Translations under genes and position numbers: made by a program | In this document: in pieces, positions 28,064 through 39,277 of the stretch | Numbering within the stretch: position 1 is the first letter of the stretch | Layout: the number at the start of each line of letters is the position of its first letter | DNA from: Alphaproteobacteria bacterium | GTDB lineage: Bacteria > Pseudomonadota > Alphaproteobacteria > UBA2966 | NCBI GenBank assembly: GCA_964291395.2 | Contig: OZ219856.1 | Coordinates: forward strand, 576,001-640,000 | Length of the DNA stretch: 64,000 nt | Direction: 5' to 3' | Notes under the pieces: model-generated | Database searches by the model: none | Told to the model about the DNA's origin: nothing | The model's input: only the letters and a program-made list of their open reading frames with translations

Positions 28064-29113
28064 TTACAAGACTCCGGCCTTCTTCATCTTGTCGATGATG
28101 TCGTTCATGCCCTGGTCGGCGAGCACGCGCTCGGCCTCCTTCGGGTCGAACGTACCCTTGAGGCTCTGCCAGGCTTTGACGGCGCCGTCGCGCCACAGCT
28201 TGGCTTCGTCCTCCGTCGGCTCGTACATGTTGACGCCTTTGGCTTCGAGCTCTTTCCAGGAGCTCACTTCCCAGGCCTTGTCGGCTTCGAAGATAACTTC
28301 CGTCATGTGCTGGCCGACCTTGTCCGTGGCTTCCTGGGCCCACTTGGGCAGGTCCAGGTAGCGCGCCCGGTCCATCACCATCACGTTGCCGCCCCACAGG
28401 CCGCCGGTCTTGGTGAAATGGGTGATGACTTCGTACATCTTGACTTGGTAGAGCCAAGGCCACGGAATGTACATGCCGTTCACGACCTTGTTCTGCAGGC
28501 CTTCCCACATCTGCGCCCAATCGTAAGGCGTGGCTATCGCGCCCCAGGCCTTTACGATGCTGAATTCCGCCGGGCTCTTGGTCGTGCGGATCTTGATGCC
28601 CTTGAGGTCGGACGGCACCTTGATCTGCTTGATGTTGTTGTTGAGGCCGCGGAAGCCGCCGGACGGGAAGATCGCCATCGTCTGGACCTTCTCCTCCTGT
28701 TGGGCTCGCTCGACGAGTCTCTTCGCCAGCCAGCCGTCCAGAACCTTCCTGGCGCCTTCCGAGTCCTTGAAGATATAGGGGAGTTCGGTGAAGTTCATCG
28801 TCAGGCCGAACGCCCCCATGTTGCCGGTCGACAGGATCGTCGTATCCACCGAGCGGATGCGTGCGTATTCGACGCATTGGTGTTCGACGCAGAGGTCGCC
28901 GGTCAGGTGGAACTTCACCTTGATCTTGCCGTCCGTGAGCTCGTCGTATTTGTTCTGGAAGTCCCGGAGCACCATTCTGCGGGACGCCACGGTCTCCGGT
29001 CCCGTCGCCGCGAATACGAGGTCTATGGTCTCCTCGGCCGTCGCGGTCCCGATGCTCGTCGTGGCCATAAGGGCGGCCGCACCCGCAATCGTTGAAATGT
29101 TGGCTATTCGCAT
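28064..29113 (-). CDS. dctP: TRAP transporter substrate-binding protein
   Basis: Signal peptide, ELPYIF, GGFR, PSDLKGIKIRT, EGLQNKVVNG. Confidence 0.88.
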   Translation of the reverse strand: MRIANISTIAGAAALMATTSIGTATAEETIDLVFAATGPETVASRRMVLRDFQNKYDELTDGKIKVKFHLTGDLCVEHQCVEYARIRSVDTTILSTGNMGAFGLTMNFTELPYIFKDSEGARKVLDGWLAKRLVERAQQEEKVQTMAIFPSGGFRGLNNNIKQIKVPSDLKGIKIRTTKSPAEFSIVKAWGAIATPYDWAQMWEGLQNKVVNGMYIPWPWLYQVKMYEVITHFTKTGGLWGGNVMVMDRARYLDLPKWAQEATDKVGQHMTEVIFEADKAWEVSSWKELEAKGVNMYEPTEDEAKLWRDGAVKAWQSLKGTFDPKEAERVLADQGMNDIIDKMKKAGVL

Positions 29114-29845
29114 ACCTGTCCTCCTGTGGGTTGCATGCGCCAGACGCGTTGCCGCCGAGGACAGCGCGCCGAACCGACTGTTACCACGCCACCTGAAGTT
29201 CATGGTAAACCCAGGTCGCCCGGCTTCCTAGAAGAAAACCTGACCGGAATACCGATGTAAGCCTTTGTCAAAAAGCGCTTCGCTTTCTCGGCAGGCCTTG
29301 AGTGGGCGGCGGCGCTGTGTATCGCGAACCGGCCGCTCATCTCGTGTTCCCGATGCGGGGCCTGAGCCGAGGCGGCCGCGGGCTCCGCCGGTGGGAGACA
29401 GGGTTATAGAATTTACTCATATGAATCAGAAGAAAACGGTATTTGATCTCATGTATGAGCACCGTCATGATCCAGGATGATTCTGGTGGGTGGTAAGCAC
29501 GCGGCAACGCCGTCGGCCGCCGGACGGGGAAGGAGATCAGAAAACCCCGTCCGGTGGCCTGGGCACCCTCAGGCGGCCTCCCGGTTCGCCCTCGGGTGCG
29601 GTCCGTGTCCGCCTCCCTTTCGTCCTCGACGACTGACCCTCTTCCCCTGCAGGCAACAGAAACGGCACTGATTGCCCACTCGCAAGAGCAAGCCGGCGCC
29701 GAGGCGTGGGGGATTGGCCACGGACCGAAAGCTTACCATTTCCTCCCGCAGGCGGAAGGCTGATTCGCCACGGGCGCCTGCGGGCTGCCGATTCCTGAGG
29801 AACCGCCGCTTGGCCTTTTCGGCACCGAGGCGGTAAACCCACGTT

Positions 29846-31297
29846 CTAGTTCAGGTGGCTGAGGACGGTCTGGACGCTTTCCTTGGCGTCGCCGAAGAGC
29901 ATGCGGGCATTCTCCTTGAAGAACAGCGGGTTTTCGACCCCGGCATAGCCCGTCGCCAGGCTGCGCTTGAGCACCACCACCGTGCGCGCGTTCCACACCT
30001 CCAGCACCGGCATGCCCGAGATCGGGCTGTTCGGGTCCTCCGCCGCCGCCGGGTTCACGATGTCGTTGGCGCCGATCACCAGCACCGCGTCCGTCTCCGG
30101 GAAGTCCTCGTTGATGTCGTCCATCTCCAGCACGATGTCGTAGGGTACCTTGGCGTCCGCCAGCAGCACGTTCATGTGACCGGGCAGTCGTCCCGCCACC
30201 GGGTGGATCCCGAAGCGCACGTTCGCGCCCTTCGTCCTGAGCTTCTCCACCACGTCGCTCACCGAGTTCTGCGCCTGCGCCACCGCCATGCCGTAACCGG
30301 GCACGATGATCACGTTCCTGGCGCCCTCGAGAAGCTCCGCCGTCTCCTCGTGCGTGATCGACACCGCATCGCCGTGCGCGCCCGCGCTGACCGTACCCCC
30401 TTCCGTGCCGAAGCCGCCGAGAATGACGCTGACGAAGTTCCGGTTCATCGCCCGGCACATGATGTAGCTGAGGATCGCTCCGCTCGAGCCCACCAACGCG
30501 CCCGTGACGATCAACAGGTCGTTCCCCAGCATGAACCCCGTCGCCGCCGCCGCCCAGCCCGAGTAGCTGTTCAGCACCGAGACCACCACCGGCATGTCGG
30601 CGCCGCCGATGGCCAGCACGAAGTGGATGCCGAGCATGCCCCCCAGCACGATCACGGCCAGCAGCAGCAGCAACCCGACCGACCCCATGGGCAGATATGC
30701 GGGGTCGAGGTGCAACGGCGCCAGCAGCGAGGGCCCGGGCACGCCCCCGCTGCCTGCCAGCAGGAACTCGTAGCCGAGCCAGAGCAGCGCGACGGCGATA
30801 CCCAAGTTGAGCCAGTTGCGGCCGGGCAGAAGCACCGGGCGGCCCGAGATCAACGCCTGCAGCTTGGCGAACGCGATCATCGAGCCCGTGAACGTCACGA
30901 TGCCGATGAGCGCGCTCAAGTAGATCTCCACGTCAAGGATGATCAGTTCCGCCCGCGTGAGATTCGTCGACGGGTTCAGGTGGCTCGCGACCGCCACCAG
31001 CACCGCCGCCAGCCCCACCAGGCTGTTCAGCACCGCCACGAGTTGCGGCATCTGCGTCATCTCGACCTTGAGGGCAACGGTCACCCCCAGGAGGCCCCCG
31101 ATCGCCACCGCGGGGATCAGAACGGCGTAGTTCGTAACGGTGCCCGTCATCGCGGTCGCCGCGACGGCGATGATCATGCCGAGAACGCCGTAGACGTTCC
31201 CGCGCCGGGCGGTCTCCTGATGGCTGAGCCCGCCCAGACTCAATATGAACAGGATGCTCGCCCCGATGTAGGAAACCGCCAGAAGTCCGCTGGTCAC
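29846..31297 (-). CDS. pntB: NAD(P) transhydrogenase beta subunit
   Basis: [61 protein letters not shown]. Confidence 0.97.
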   Translation of the reverse strand: MTSGLLAVSYIGASILFILSLGGLSHQETARRGNVYGVLGMIIAVAATAMTGTVTNYAVLIPAVAIGGLLGVTVALKVEMTQMPQLVAVLNSLVGLAAVLVAVASHLNPSTNLTRAELIILDVEIYLSALIGIVTFTGSMIAFAKLQALISGRPVLLPGRNWLNLGIAVALLWLGYEFLLAGSGGVPGPSLLAPLHLDPAYLPMGSVGLLLLLAVIVLGGMLGIHFVLAIGGADMPVVVSVLNSYSGWAAAATGFMLGNDLLIVTGALVGSSGAILSYIMCRAMNRNFVSVILGGFGTEGGTVSAGAHGDAVSITHEETAELLEGARNVIIVPGYGMAVAQAQNSVSDVVEKLRTKGANVRFGIHPVAGRLPGHMNVLLADAKVPYDIVLEMDDINEDFPETDAVLVIGANDIVNPAAAEDPNSPISGMPVLEVWNARTVVVLKRSLATGYAGVENPLFFKENARMLFGDAKESVQTVLSHLN

Positions 31298-31307
31298 GAC
31301 GCTTCGC

Positions 31308-32867
31308 TCAGCTCTTGCGGAACATCTGCAGCATGCGCTGGGTCACCACGAACCCGCCGGCGATGTTGATGGTCGCGATCACCACCGCCGCGGCCGCCAG
31401 GATCACGATCAGGGTCGAGGAGTTCGACACCATCAGGAGCGGCCCGACGATGACGATCCCGCTGATCGCGTTGGTCACGCTCATCAGAGGCGTATGGAGC
31501 GCCGGTGTGACGTTCCAGATCACCTGCCATCCGACGAAGCACGAGAGGACGAAGATGGTGAAGTGCACCATGAACGAGGTCGGCGCATAGAGGCCGACCC
31601 CATAGAGGATCGAGCCTCCGATCAGCATGGTGATCACCGACTTGATGCCGTCGTTCAGGCCCTTCTCCGGCGGTTCCTCTCCCGGTTCTTCGGTCGCGGG
31701 CGGCGGCGCCGCGCTCGGGGCCGCCGCCGGCGCCGGCGGCGGCCATGTCACTTCGCCGCCTTTGAGCACCGTAGCGCCCCGGATCAGGTCGTCCTCCATG
31801 TCGACGACGATGCGACCGTCCTGGCCGGGTGTCAGATCGTCCATCAGGTGATAGAGGTTCCTGGCATAGAGCTCGCTCGACTGGGTCGCCATGCGGCTCG
31901 GCAGATCCGTAAAGCCGATGATCGAAACACCGTGCTGCACCGTCACCTCCCCCGGCCGGGTCAGCTCGCAGTTGCCGCCCTGTTCGGCAGCCAGATCGAC
32001 GATCACGGAGCCCTCTCGCATGCTCTCGACCATACCCGCCGTGATCAGGCGGGGTGCCGGCTTGCCCGGTATCAGCGCCGTGGTGACGATGACATCCACT
32101 TCCATGGCCTGGTGGGCGAAGAGGTCCATCTCCGCCCGGACGAACTCCTCGCTCATCACCTTGGCGTAGCCTCCCTCGCCGGTTCCGTCCTCGTCGAGGG
32201 ACAGCTCGAGGAAGTCCGCCCCCAGGCTCTCGACCTGCTGGCGCACCTCGGGACGGGTGTCGAAGGCGCGCACGATGGCGCCCAGGCGCACCGCGCCACC
32301 GGTCGCCGACAATCCGGCCACGCCCGCGCCGATTACCAGGACCTTGGCCGGCGGCACGCTCCCTGCCGCCGTCGTCTGCCCGCCGAAAAAGCGGCCGAAA
32401 TGGTTCGTCGCCTCCACCACCGCCCGGTAGCCGGCGATGTTCGCCATCGAGCTCAGGGCATCGCACTTCTGTGCCCGCGAGATGCGCGGGATCGCATCCA
32501 TCGCCAGCACCGTTGCGTTGCGCGCCCGAAGCCTCTCCATCAGGTCTTCGTTCTGCGCGGGCCAGATGAAGCTGATCAGGTGGCCGCCCTCGCGCATCAT
32601 GTCCGCTTCGTGCAGTCCCAGCGCCGGATGCGGCTCCGGTCCCCGCACCTTCAGCACGAGCTCCGCACTGCCCCACAGCTCGTGACGCCGCTCCACGATC
32701 CGCGCACCCGCCTCCTGGTAGGCTTCGTCCGTGAACGCCGCCTCCGTCCCGGCGCCGGCCTCGACCATGACCACGTGGCCAAGCTTCTGCAGGCGCTCGA
32801 CGCTCGAAGGCGTGGCCGCCACGCGGCGTTCCTCGCGATGCACCTCCTTCGGTACCCCTATCAGCAT
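31308..32867 (-). CDS. pntA: NAD(P) transhydrogenase alpha subunit (fused dI + TM)
   Basis: [59 protein letters not shown]. Confidence 0.97.
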   Translation of the reverse strand: MLIGVPKEVHREERRVAATPSSVERLQKLGHVVMVEAGAGTEAAFTDEAYQEAGARIVERRHELWGSAELVLKVRGPEPHPALGLHEADMMREGGHLISFIWPAQNEDLMERLRARNATVLAMDAIPRISRAQKCDALSSMANIAGYRAVVEATNHFGRFFGGQTTAAGSVPPAKVLVIGAGVAGLSATGGAVRLGAIVRAFDTRPEVRQQVESLGADFLELSLDEDGTGEGGYAKVMSEEFVRAEMDLFAHQAMEVDVIVTTALIPGKPAPRLITAGMVESMREGSVIVDLAAEQGGNCELTRPGEVTVQHGVSIIGFTDLPSRMATQSSELYARNLYHLMDDLTPGQDGRIVVDMEDDLIRGATVLKGGEVTWPPPAPAAAPSAAPPPATEEPGEEPPEKGLNDGIKSVITMLIGGSILYGVGLYAPTSFMVHFTIFVLSCFVGWQVIWNVTPALHTPLMSVTNAISGIVIVGPLLMVSNSSTLIVILAAAAVVIATINIAGGFVVTQRMLQMFRKS

Positions 32868-33161
32868 GGCCGTTTAATGCCCCGTTTCCATGGTTCCTGC
32901 AGGTATTCGGCGTGTTGAGCGGTTTCGAGCGTTCTCTAACAGAAGCGTCCGGTAGAGGCGAGCATGTCGTTGGCGGATTTGTGCCGAGGGAAGGGTTTCG
33001 GGCTCCGGTCGACGGTGCCGATGCACCTGAGCAGCGCCCGTTGCGGTTCGGCGGAGGACCGGTGAACGCTCTGCCCTGACCGCTTCCCGGTCAACCCGGC
33101 GAGGAAGCCTCCCCGATTGAGCCGGGATACCGATGCGTGGGGTGAGTTCACTTGCTGCGCC

Positions 33162-33190
33162 TTGATTGCATCGCAATCGATGTGTAGATT
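33162..33190 (+). promoter_or_regulatory. Sigma70-like promoter with overlapping palindromic operator for the TA operon
   Basis: TTGATT-N17-TAGATT; palindrome GATTGC-ATC-GCAATC at 33164-33178. Confidence 0.6.
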
Positions 33191-33221
33191 GGACTCCCGA
33201 GGGCGAACGGAGACCAGGACC

Positions 33222-33464
33222 ATGGCGAGCATCACGATCCGCAACCTCGACGACGACGTGAAGACACGCCTGCGGGTGCGCGCTGCGGAACATCACCGCT
33301 CCATGGAAGAGGAGGCGCGGCTGATCCTGCGCGACGCGGTTGGGCGCAAGCCGAGTTCCCGGAACCTTGTCGAGGCTATACGCGCCCGGATCGCGCCGCT
33401 TGGCGGCGTGGACTTGGAGTTGCCGCCGCGCGAGCCCGGGCGCGAGCCGCCGTCCTTCGACTGA
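33222..33464 (+). CDS. FitA/StbC-like ribbon-helix-helix antitoxin
   Basis: MASITIRNLDDDVKTRLRVRAAEHHRSMEEEARLIL..GGVDLELPPR. Confidence 0.9.
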   Translation: MASITIRNLDDDVKTRLRVRAAEHHRSMEEEARLILRDAVGRKPSSRNLVEAIRARIAPLGGVDLELPPREPGREPPSFD

Positions 33465-33473
33465 GCCTGCGTC

Positions 33474-33898
33474 ATGTCCGTGCTGCTGGACACGAACGTG
33501 GTGTCCGAACTGCTGCGCCCGTCGCCCAGCGCGGCGGTGGAGAACTGGGTCGTGGAACGCCCGGCAACCGACCTGTATTTCTCGGCGGTCGGCGAAGCGG
33601 AGCTGCGCTACGGCGTCGCGATTCTGCCTGCGGGCCGACGCCGAGATGCGCTTGCCGCGGCGATCGAGGCAATCTTGCGAGAGGATTTCAACGACCGGAT
33701 TCTGCCGTTCGACAGCGAGGCGGCCCGCGCTTATGCCGACATCGCCGCCGCGCGCCGTTCCTCCGGACGGCCCGTTCCACCGGCGGACTGCCAGATCGCG
33801 GCGATCGCCCGGTCCCGCGACATGGTGTTGGCGACGCGCAACGTCGGGACTTCGAAGATATCGACATCGAGGTCGTCGATCCCTGGGTGGCCGCATGA
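33474..33898 (+). CDS. vapC: VapC/FitB PIN-domain toxin (1-bp frameshift near 33845)
   Basis: LLDTNVVSELLRP, ELRYG, ILPFD, ADCQIAAIA, LATRNV, then DFEDIDIEVVDPWVAA* in the shifted frame. Confidence 0.88.
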
Positions 33899-33973
33899 GC
33901 GGCACGACCGAAGCCTTCGCTCACGTCAAGATCGTCTCCCCCGGATCTCCGTTCGATCCGGAAAGCGAGCGGC

Positions 33974-34402
33974 TTAGGCCGCCTTCGGCCCGCCTTCCGG
34001 CATCTCCGGGAACGCCGGCAGGGCCGGATCCATATGGTCCCAGGACGGTGCGCGGCTGGTGTAGACGATCATCTGCGGTGCGGCGACTTCGGGATCGTCG
34101 AGGCTGGAAGCCCTCGGGAACACCATTCCGGGCATCCCGGAGTTCCGCGAATAGACCGCGCATCCGCAGTTGGGGCAGAACCCGCGGCTGACCATGTTGC
34201 CGCTGTCGGCCGGACGGTCGTAGAACGTCACCGTGCCCGAGATCGAGAACGCGGTCGCGGGAATGATGACGTGGGTGCAGTGCCCGGTGCCGCTGGACTT
34301 GCGGCAATCCACGCAATGGCAATGGCCGACCAATTGCGGGGCGGCGGAGCTTTCGTAACGCACGGCGCCGCAGAGGCAGCCGCCTGAGAATCCCTCGGAC
34401 AT
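33974..34402 (-). CDS. GFA/CENP-V family aldehyde-activating protein
   Basis: GGCLCGAVRY, HCHCVDCRK, RGFCPNCG. Confidence 0.92.
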   Translation of the reverse strand: MSEGFSGGCLCGAVRYESSAAPQLVGHCHCVDCRKSSGTGHCTHVIIPATAFSISGTVTFYDRPADSGNMVSRGFCPNCGCAVYSRNSGMPGMVFPRASSLDDPEVAAPQMIVYTSRAPSWDHMDPALPAFPEMPEGGPKAA

Positions 34403-34631
34403 CGCGTCCTCCCTTGGGTTTGACTTGTTTCGGGCGATAGCCTAAGCCGGATTATTCATGGCGGGTCTGACTTGTTGTGGCGGACGTAGCGTAAGCCGTT
34501 GCCATCGGGTGGAAATTCGTTGTCGAAGCGTCTTTCTTCCCGAGCGACGAAAGCGCCACGCCCACCATGACCGACGATAGGCTTCTTCTCTTCCACCTGC
34601 CAGCCGGTCGGGAACGGTTCGATCCTGCGAA

Positions 34632-35675
34632 CTATCGCCGTTCGACGGGCCATTCATAGGGCTCGGAAAAGGTCTCGCGGAAGACGGCTTCGCAAAGGTA
34701 GCGCGCGACCCGCGTACTGTTCGTTCGGGAGTGGGCGATACGCCAGCCGGTTTCGCCGATCCGCCGCCGCTTGACGTCGTCGCGCCAGAGGTCGGCCATC
34801 GCCGCCGCGCATTCGGCGCGGGAGGCGAACTCGACGACGCCGTCGTCGTAGAGCGTGGACTGCCGGGCGGAGGCCGGAGTCAACGCCACGACACCCTGGC
34901 CCAGAAGTTGCGCCATGCGATCGGAGGAATAGAGAAACGGCACCGGCGCGCCGTCGTCGATCGGGATACTCGGCGACATGGCGCCGTTCGCCAGCGTTTC
35001 GAGAAACTCCAGAGACGAGAGCCTGCGCGTGTCGAAGGCCCCGCCCTCGACGTGAAATCGAAAGCCTTCCGGCAACTCCCCTTTTATTTGCGCCAGTTGT
35101 TCCTCGCGGTTTCCATCCCCGTTGCCGAGAAAAACGGCGTCCCACGGAAGGTCGGAGGCCGGGACATCGAACACGCGCGCGGTCTCGACGGACGGATCGA
35201 CGGGGTTCGGCAGAAAGGCGATCGACCCCTCGCGGGGCGCTAGGCGCCGCAGCGCCTCGGAATCGGCGGTGGTCATGAAGGAGATGTCCACATGGGCGGC
35301 GCGGGCCGAGAAGGCGGCCATGGTTGCCGGCCGTTCCACCGAATCGACGCAGACTTGCGTCAGGCGAGTGCCGGGCGACGCCTCGCGGAGCGCGTCATAG
35401 GTATCCGTGGCGATCAGGTCGGCGTGGTGGAACAGGATCAATTGCGGGCGAAAATGACGGGCGGTTTCGACAAGCCGCTCGTTCATTCGCTTCGCGCCGA
35501 TTTTCTGGGAGGCGATGAGGGTCGCACCGCGCGCCTCGTCGCGGTCGCTGAAGCGGAGGACGAAATGGCCGGCGCGGGCAAGCCCTTGAGCCAGCTTGTG
35601 CTCCGTATTGAACCAACGTCGCTGCAGCCGTTTGCGATCGAGATAGCCGACCTGGAGTATACGGAGGGGCCTCAT
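34632..35675 (-). CDS. Glycosyltransferase (CgeB/GT-B-like)
   Basis: KLAQGLARAGH..FSDRD, FLPNPVD, LYSSDRMAQLLGQG, RRRIGETG. Confidence 0.75.
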   Translation of the reverse strand: MRPLRILQVGYLDRKRLQRRWFNTEHKLAQGLARAGHFVLRFSDRDEARGATLIASQKIGAKRMNERLVETARHFRPQLILFHHADLIATDTYDALREASPGTRLTQVCVDSVERPATMAAFSARAAHVDISFMTTADSEALRRLAPREGSIAFLPNPVDPSVETARVFDVPASDLPWDAVFLGNGDGNREEQLAQIKGELPEGFRFHVEGGAFDTRRLSSLEFLETLANGAMSPSIPIDDGAPVPFLYSSDRMAQLLGQGVVALTPASARQSTLYDDGVVEFASRAECAAAMADLWRDDVKRRRIGETGWRIAHSRTNSTRVARYLCEAVFRETFSEPYEWPVERR

Positions 35676-35826
35676 GCGACTGACTGCTCCGGCCGGCGGA
35701 TGCTCTTGGCGGCTACTTTACAAGTAACTATATGTTTCGGATTGAGTAGAGTCTTCCGACTTCAACTTCCGGAATGTTGTCCAGTCCGGTGCTGTTCGTC
35801 CTGGTCGTGGTGTCGGCGGCGTTTTT

Positions 35827-36550
35827 CTAACGGAATTTCCTAGTTGAAGGTCTTGTTGACGGCAGGAAAATCCAGTTGCTTAGTGGCGTGCGGCTGAGAT
35901 CAACTGAGTGCGCATCGGTAAGCACGCCGCCCGCGAGCGCATAGCAGGCATAGCCGAGCGCCTCGATCCGCACGATCGTTTCCTGTGGTGGTCGTCTGGT
36001 ATGAAGCTCTTCGATTCAGCATGATCGGGCGGCAGCGGGAGATGGTCTCGCGGGCACCTTCGATCACTTGGGTCTCGAAGCCCTCCACGTCGATCTTGAT
36101 GAAGCCGATATCGCCAAGATCGAGACTATCCAGCGAGTGCACCGCAACCTTGCGGTCCGTAAAGCCGTTCAGGACGGGCTTGGTGCGCGCCAGTGTGCCC
36201 TGATTATGTGCAGCCCTGCCGCCTCGACCGTTCGGAATCCTCAAGATCGCTTCGCCGTCGTGGTCGCCTAGCGCGACGGAATGAACGGTCAGTCGGGATG
36301 ACGTGAGGCGGGAGAGCCAAGGAATGTTTGCTGGATTAGGTTCGAAGGCATGGACCGATTGCGCTAGACGAAGCAGTTCCCAGGAATACACGCCCTTGTT
36401 GGCGCCGACATCCAGCGCGACACGATCCGGTGCCACTAGGATGGGAAGATAGTTGAACTCCGGCTCGCGCTGGCGATGCCTTCGCCGCTTGTTAGCCAAG
36501 TGCCAGCTCGTCGGCACCAGATGGAACTTGATTCGATCTCGAATTAGCAC
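35827..36550 (-). CDS. FkbM family methyltransferase (frameshift near 36015)
   Basis: LDVGANKG, HAFEPNP, FIKIDVEGFE. C-terminus IEELH..ALGY..NWIFLP continues in another frame to a stop at 35827. Confidence 0.82.
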
Positions 36551-36613
36551 GGTGCACTTCCCTTGTTGGGGCGACGCAAACTACCCATCTAGACACCCGC
36601 CTTCCAGCTAAAT

Positions 36614-36856
36614 TTATAATTCTTTCTTGTATTCCGGTGTTTTGTTTCTCCCGGAAAAGTCGTGGTTCCGTTCGGCTAACACGAAACACTCATCGGATTT
36701 TATGGCTTTAATGCGTGTCTTCGCATCACCCGAGAGATTCAAATCGATCACGTTCACATCGAAATCAGCCGGTTTTCTGCCAAGAGAGCGGAGCATCCCT
36801 TCGAATGAAGAGAGGTATTTGTCTTCGGATGCGGAAACAATGAAAACACCGCTCAT
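36614..36856 (-). pseudogene. N-terminal fragment of a GT-A fold glycosyltransferase-like gene
   Basis: VFIVSASEDKY..MLRSL..VNVIDLNLS then an early stop; lies between saccharide genes. Confidence 0.4.
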
Positions 36857-36964
36857 CGTGAGCTCCTTTGAACCAACATCAATACCTACGTAGCATCGAA
36901 GAAAGCCGAACCGTTCGTAACGTGAAACGGGATCAAGAAACCAGCCAAAGATTCATGGAGAAAT

Positions 36965-38095
36965 CTAAGAACGGAGATATGCGGCCAAATTATCGCAAAT
37001 ACGCGAAGATGCATTACCGTCGCCATAAGGGTTTTGCGCAGAGGCAATACGGGACCACGCCTTCGCGTCGGTCAGCAGATTTTCACATGCTTCAACGATC
37101 ATTGCGCGGTCAGTTCCGACCTTTACAAGGCAGCCCGCGTCGATCCCTTCAGTCCGTTCGGTTCGGTCACGCAGTACCAGGACCGGGCGGTCCAGAGAGG
37201 GCGCTTCTTCTTGAACACCTCCTGAGTCGGTCAGGATCAGGCGCGCGCCGGCCATCAAACCGACGAAGGTGCGATAAGGTTGAGGCGGAATGATTTTCAG
37301 GTTGTGATTTGCTGCGACGGCAACCTCTTCAATTGCCGTCAGAACATTGGGATTAGGGTGGGAAAGCAGTACCACGTCGATATCCGGGTGGCGGTTGGCG
37401 ATATCGACAAGCGCGAACATCATATCTCGGATAATTTCACCGAACGCTTCACGCCGGTGCAGAGTTACCAGCACATACTCTCGATCAGATTTTCGGCGAG
37501 GCCAAAGCGCAGTTATGGCGTTGAATCCTTCGGCGTCGTTGCGCGCGACGGTGTAAAGCAGCGCATCAATCACCGTGTTACCGGTTACGATGATATGGTC
37601 ATTGGCTAAATTTTCGGTACGCAGCACGTTCGCCGCCCGCTCAGTCGGGGCGAAATGGAGATTGGCGAGCCTGGAGATTATTTGGCGATTGCCTTCCTCT
37701 GGAAATGGGGCTGACAAGGCGCCCGTACGCAATCCGGCCTCGATGTGGCCAATAGCTGTCTGATGATAATAACCCAAGAGTGCCCCAATCAAACTACTGG
37801 TGGTATCACCCTGAACGATCACCGCTTCTGGCCGAACGCGTTCGAAGACAGGTGCGAGTCCGTCGAATAGCGCTGCGCTCAGCGCCCCAAGTGACTGGTT
37901 CGGCCGCATCGCTTCCAGGTGTATCTCGGGTTCGATGGAAAAAAAATCCAGGATCGGATCGACCATTTCCCTACCGTGCTGCCCCGTGAAACAGACCGTT
38001 GGCGTAAGATTCGGGTGAGCGCGTAATCGGGTAATAACGGGGGCGAGTTTGATCGCTTCCGGGCGCGTCCCGAAGATAACGAGAACTCGCTTCAC
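36965..38095 (-). CDS. wecB: UDP-N-acetylglucosamine 2-epimerase (non-hydrolysing)
   Basis: IFGTRPEAIKLAP, TGQH, VQGDT, HIEAGLRT, PFPEEGNR, TLHRRE, TDSGGVQEEAP, NPYGDG. Confidence 0.95.
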   Translation of the reverse strand: MKRVLVIFGTRPEAIKLAPVITRLRAHPNLTPTVCFTGQHGREMVDPILDFFSIEPEIHLEAMRPNQSLGALSAALFDGLAPVFERVRPEAVIVQGDTTSSLIGALLGYYHQTAIGHIEAGLRTGALSAPFPEEGNRQIISRLANLHFAPTERAANVLRTENLANDHIIVTGNTVIDALLYTVARNDAEGFNAITALWPRRKSDREYVLVTLHRREAFGEIIRDMMFALVDIANRHPDIDVVLLSHPNPNVLTAIEEVAVAANHNLKIIPPQPYRTFVGLMAGARLILTDSGGVQEEAPSLDRPVLVLRDRTERTEGIDAGCLVKVGTDRAMIVEACENLLTDAKAWSRIASAQNPYGDGNASSRICDNLAAYLRS

Positions 38096-39207
38096 CGGGC
38101 TGCCACACCGCGCAGGATTTCAAGCGTGCTTTCGGCAATCGCCGGCCAGGAGAACTCGGTAACAGCTTTTTGGCGAGCTGCCGCCCCGAATGCCCGACGG
38201 CACCCCGGTGCCTCTATCAACTTGCGAAGCGCCTTTCCCAGCGCCTCCGGGGCCCGGGGAGGCACCAACAATCCCGTCGAGCCGTTCTCGATCAGATCGG
38301 GGATGCCGCCCACCGTGGTGCCCACCATGCTCAGCCCACACGCCATCGCCTCAAGACCGGCAATGCTTGTCGCCTCCATGTGAGACGGCAGCACCGCGAG
38401 ATCGGCGGCACTGTAAATGCCTGCCATCTCGGTATTGGGCACCAAACCCAAGAACCGTATTCGATCGGACAGGCCGAGACCATCGAAGGTCGCCTCCATT
38501 ACCGGCCGTTCTGGGCCTTCGCCCGCAATGACCACCCGGACGCTCGTTTCCGATAGCGCACCGCAGGCTTGGGCGAAGTCATGAACGCCGTTCTTGTCCA
38601 CCAGGCGGCGGGCAAGCAGAATTACAGGCTCATCGGCACCGATGTCCCAAGACATCCGTATCCGGGCACGTGCCTCGGCGTCATGTCTAAATTTATCGGT
38701 GTCGACCCCATTGGGAATGTAGTGGACAGGACCGGTATACCCGATCTCACTCGTGGCAGCGAGCAACTCTCGGCTCGGTGCGATTATCGTGGCCAAATGC
38801 TGGAGCAGCCGCACGGTCCGAGCTCTACGACGGGGCGAAGCCGCTGAACGCTTCAGGAAGCCTGAGGAATGATTGGTGAATATGACCGGTACATCCACGC
38901 AGTTACGGGTGGCCGCCAGAGGTTTCATACCGTGCACGTGAACAACGTCCGGCCGCGCCGTAGACAAATAGCGGCGCAGCCAAGCTGTAAGTCGAAAATC
39001 GTAGAACGGCTTGCCGGATAACCAAAACCGTTCCCGGAGGATCACGGCAGTGTGTGGCGGTTCAACCATACCGTCGCGATCTTCGTCATGCGCGAAAACC
39101 GTTACGTCGTTGTTCAAGAGAGCAAGATGACGCGACAGTTCGTAAACATGGTTCGCAATGCCGCCCACGTACGGCGGGAATTCACTCGTTAGAAAAAGAA
39201 TGCGCAT
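38092..39207 (-). CDS. Glycosyltransferase family 4
   Basis: EFPPYVGG, IPNGVD, RRLVDKNG, PSHMEATSIAGLEAMACG, FSW. Confidence 0.92.
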   Translation of the reverse strand: MRILFLTSEFPPYVGGIANHVYELSRHLALLNNDVTVFAHDEDRDGMVEPPHTAVILRERFWLSGKPFYDFRLTAWLRRYLSTARPDVVHVHGMKPLAATRNCVDVPVIFTNHSSGFLKRSAASPRRRARTVRLLQHLATIIAPSRELLAATSEIGYTGPVHYIPNGVDTDKFRHDAEARARIRMSWDIGADEPVILLARRLVDKNGVHDFAQACGALSETSVRVVIAGEGPERPVMEATFDGLGLSDRIRFLGLVPNTEMAGIYSAADLAVLPSHMEATSIAGLEAMACGLSMVGTTVGGIPDLIENGSTGLLVPPRAPEALGKALRKLIEAPGCRRAFGAAARQKAVTEFSWPAIAESTLEILRGVAAR

Positions 39208-39277
39208 GGATCGTCATTGAGGTGTGTGCTCATCGCATTGGCCAAAGCCACTCGTGCCATTCGTACCGTGTTCAGAG

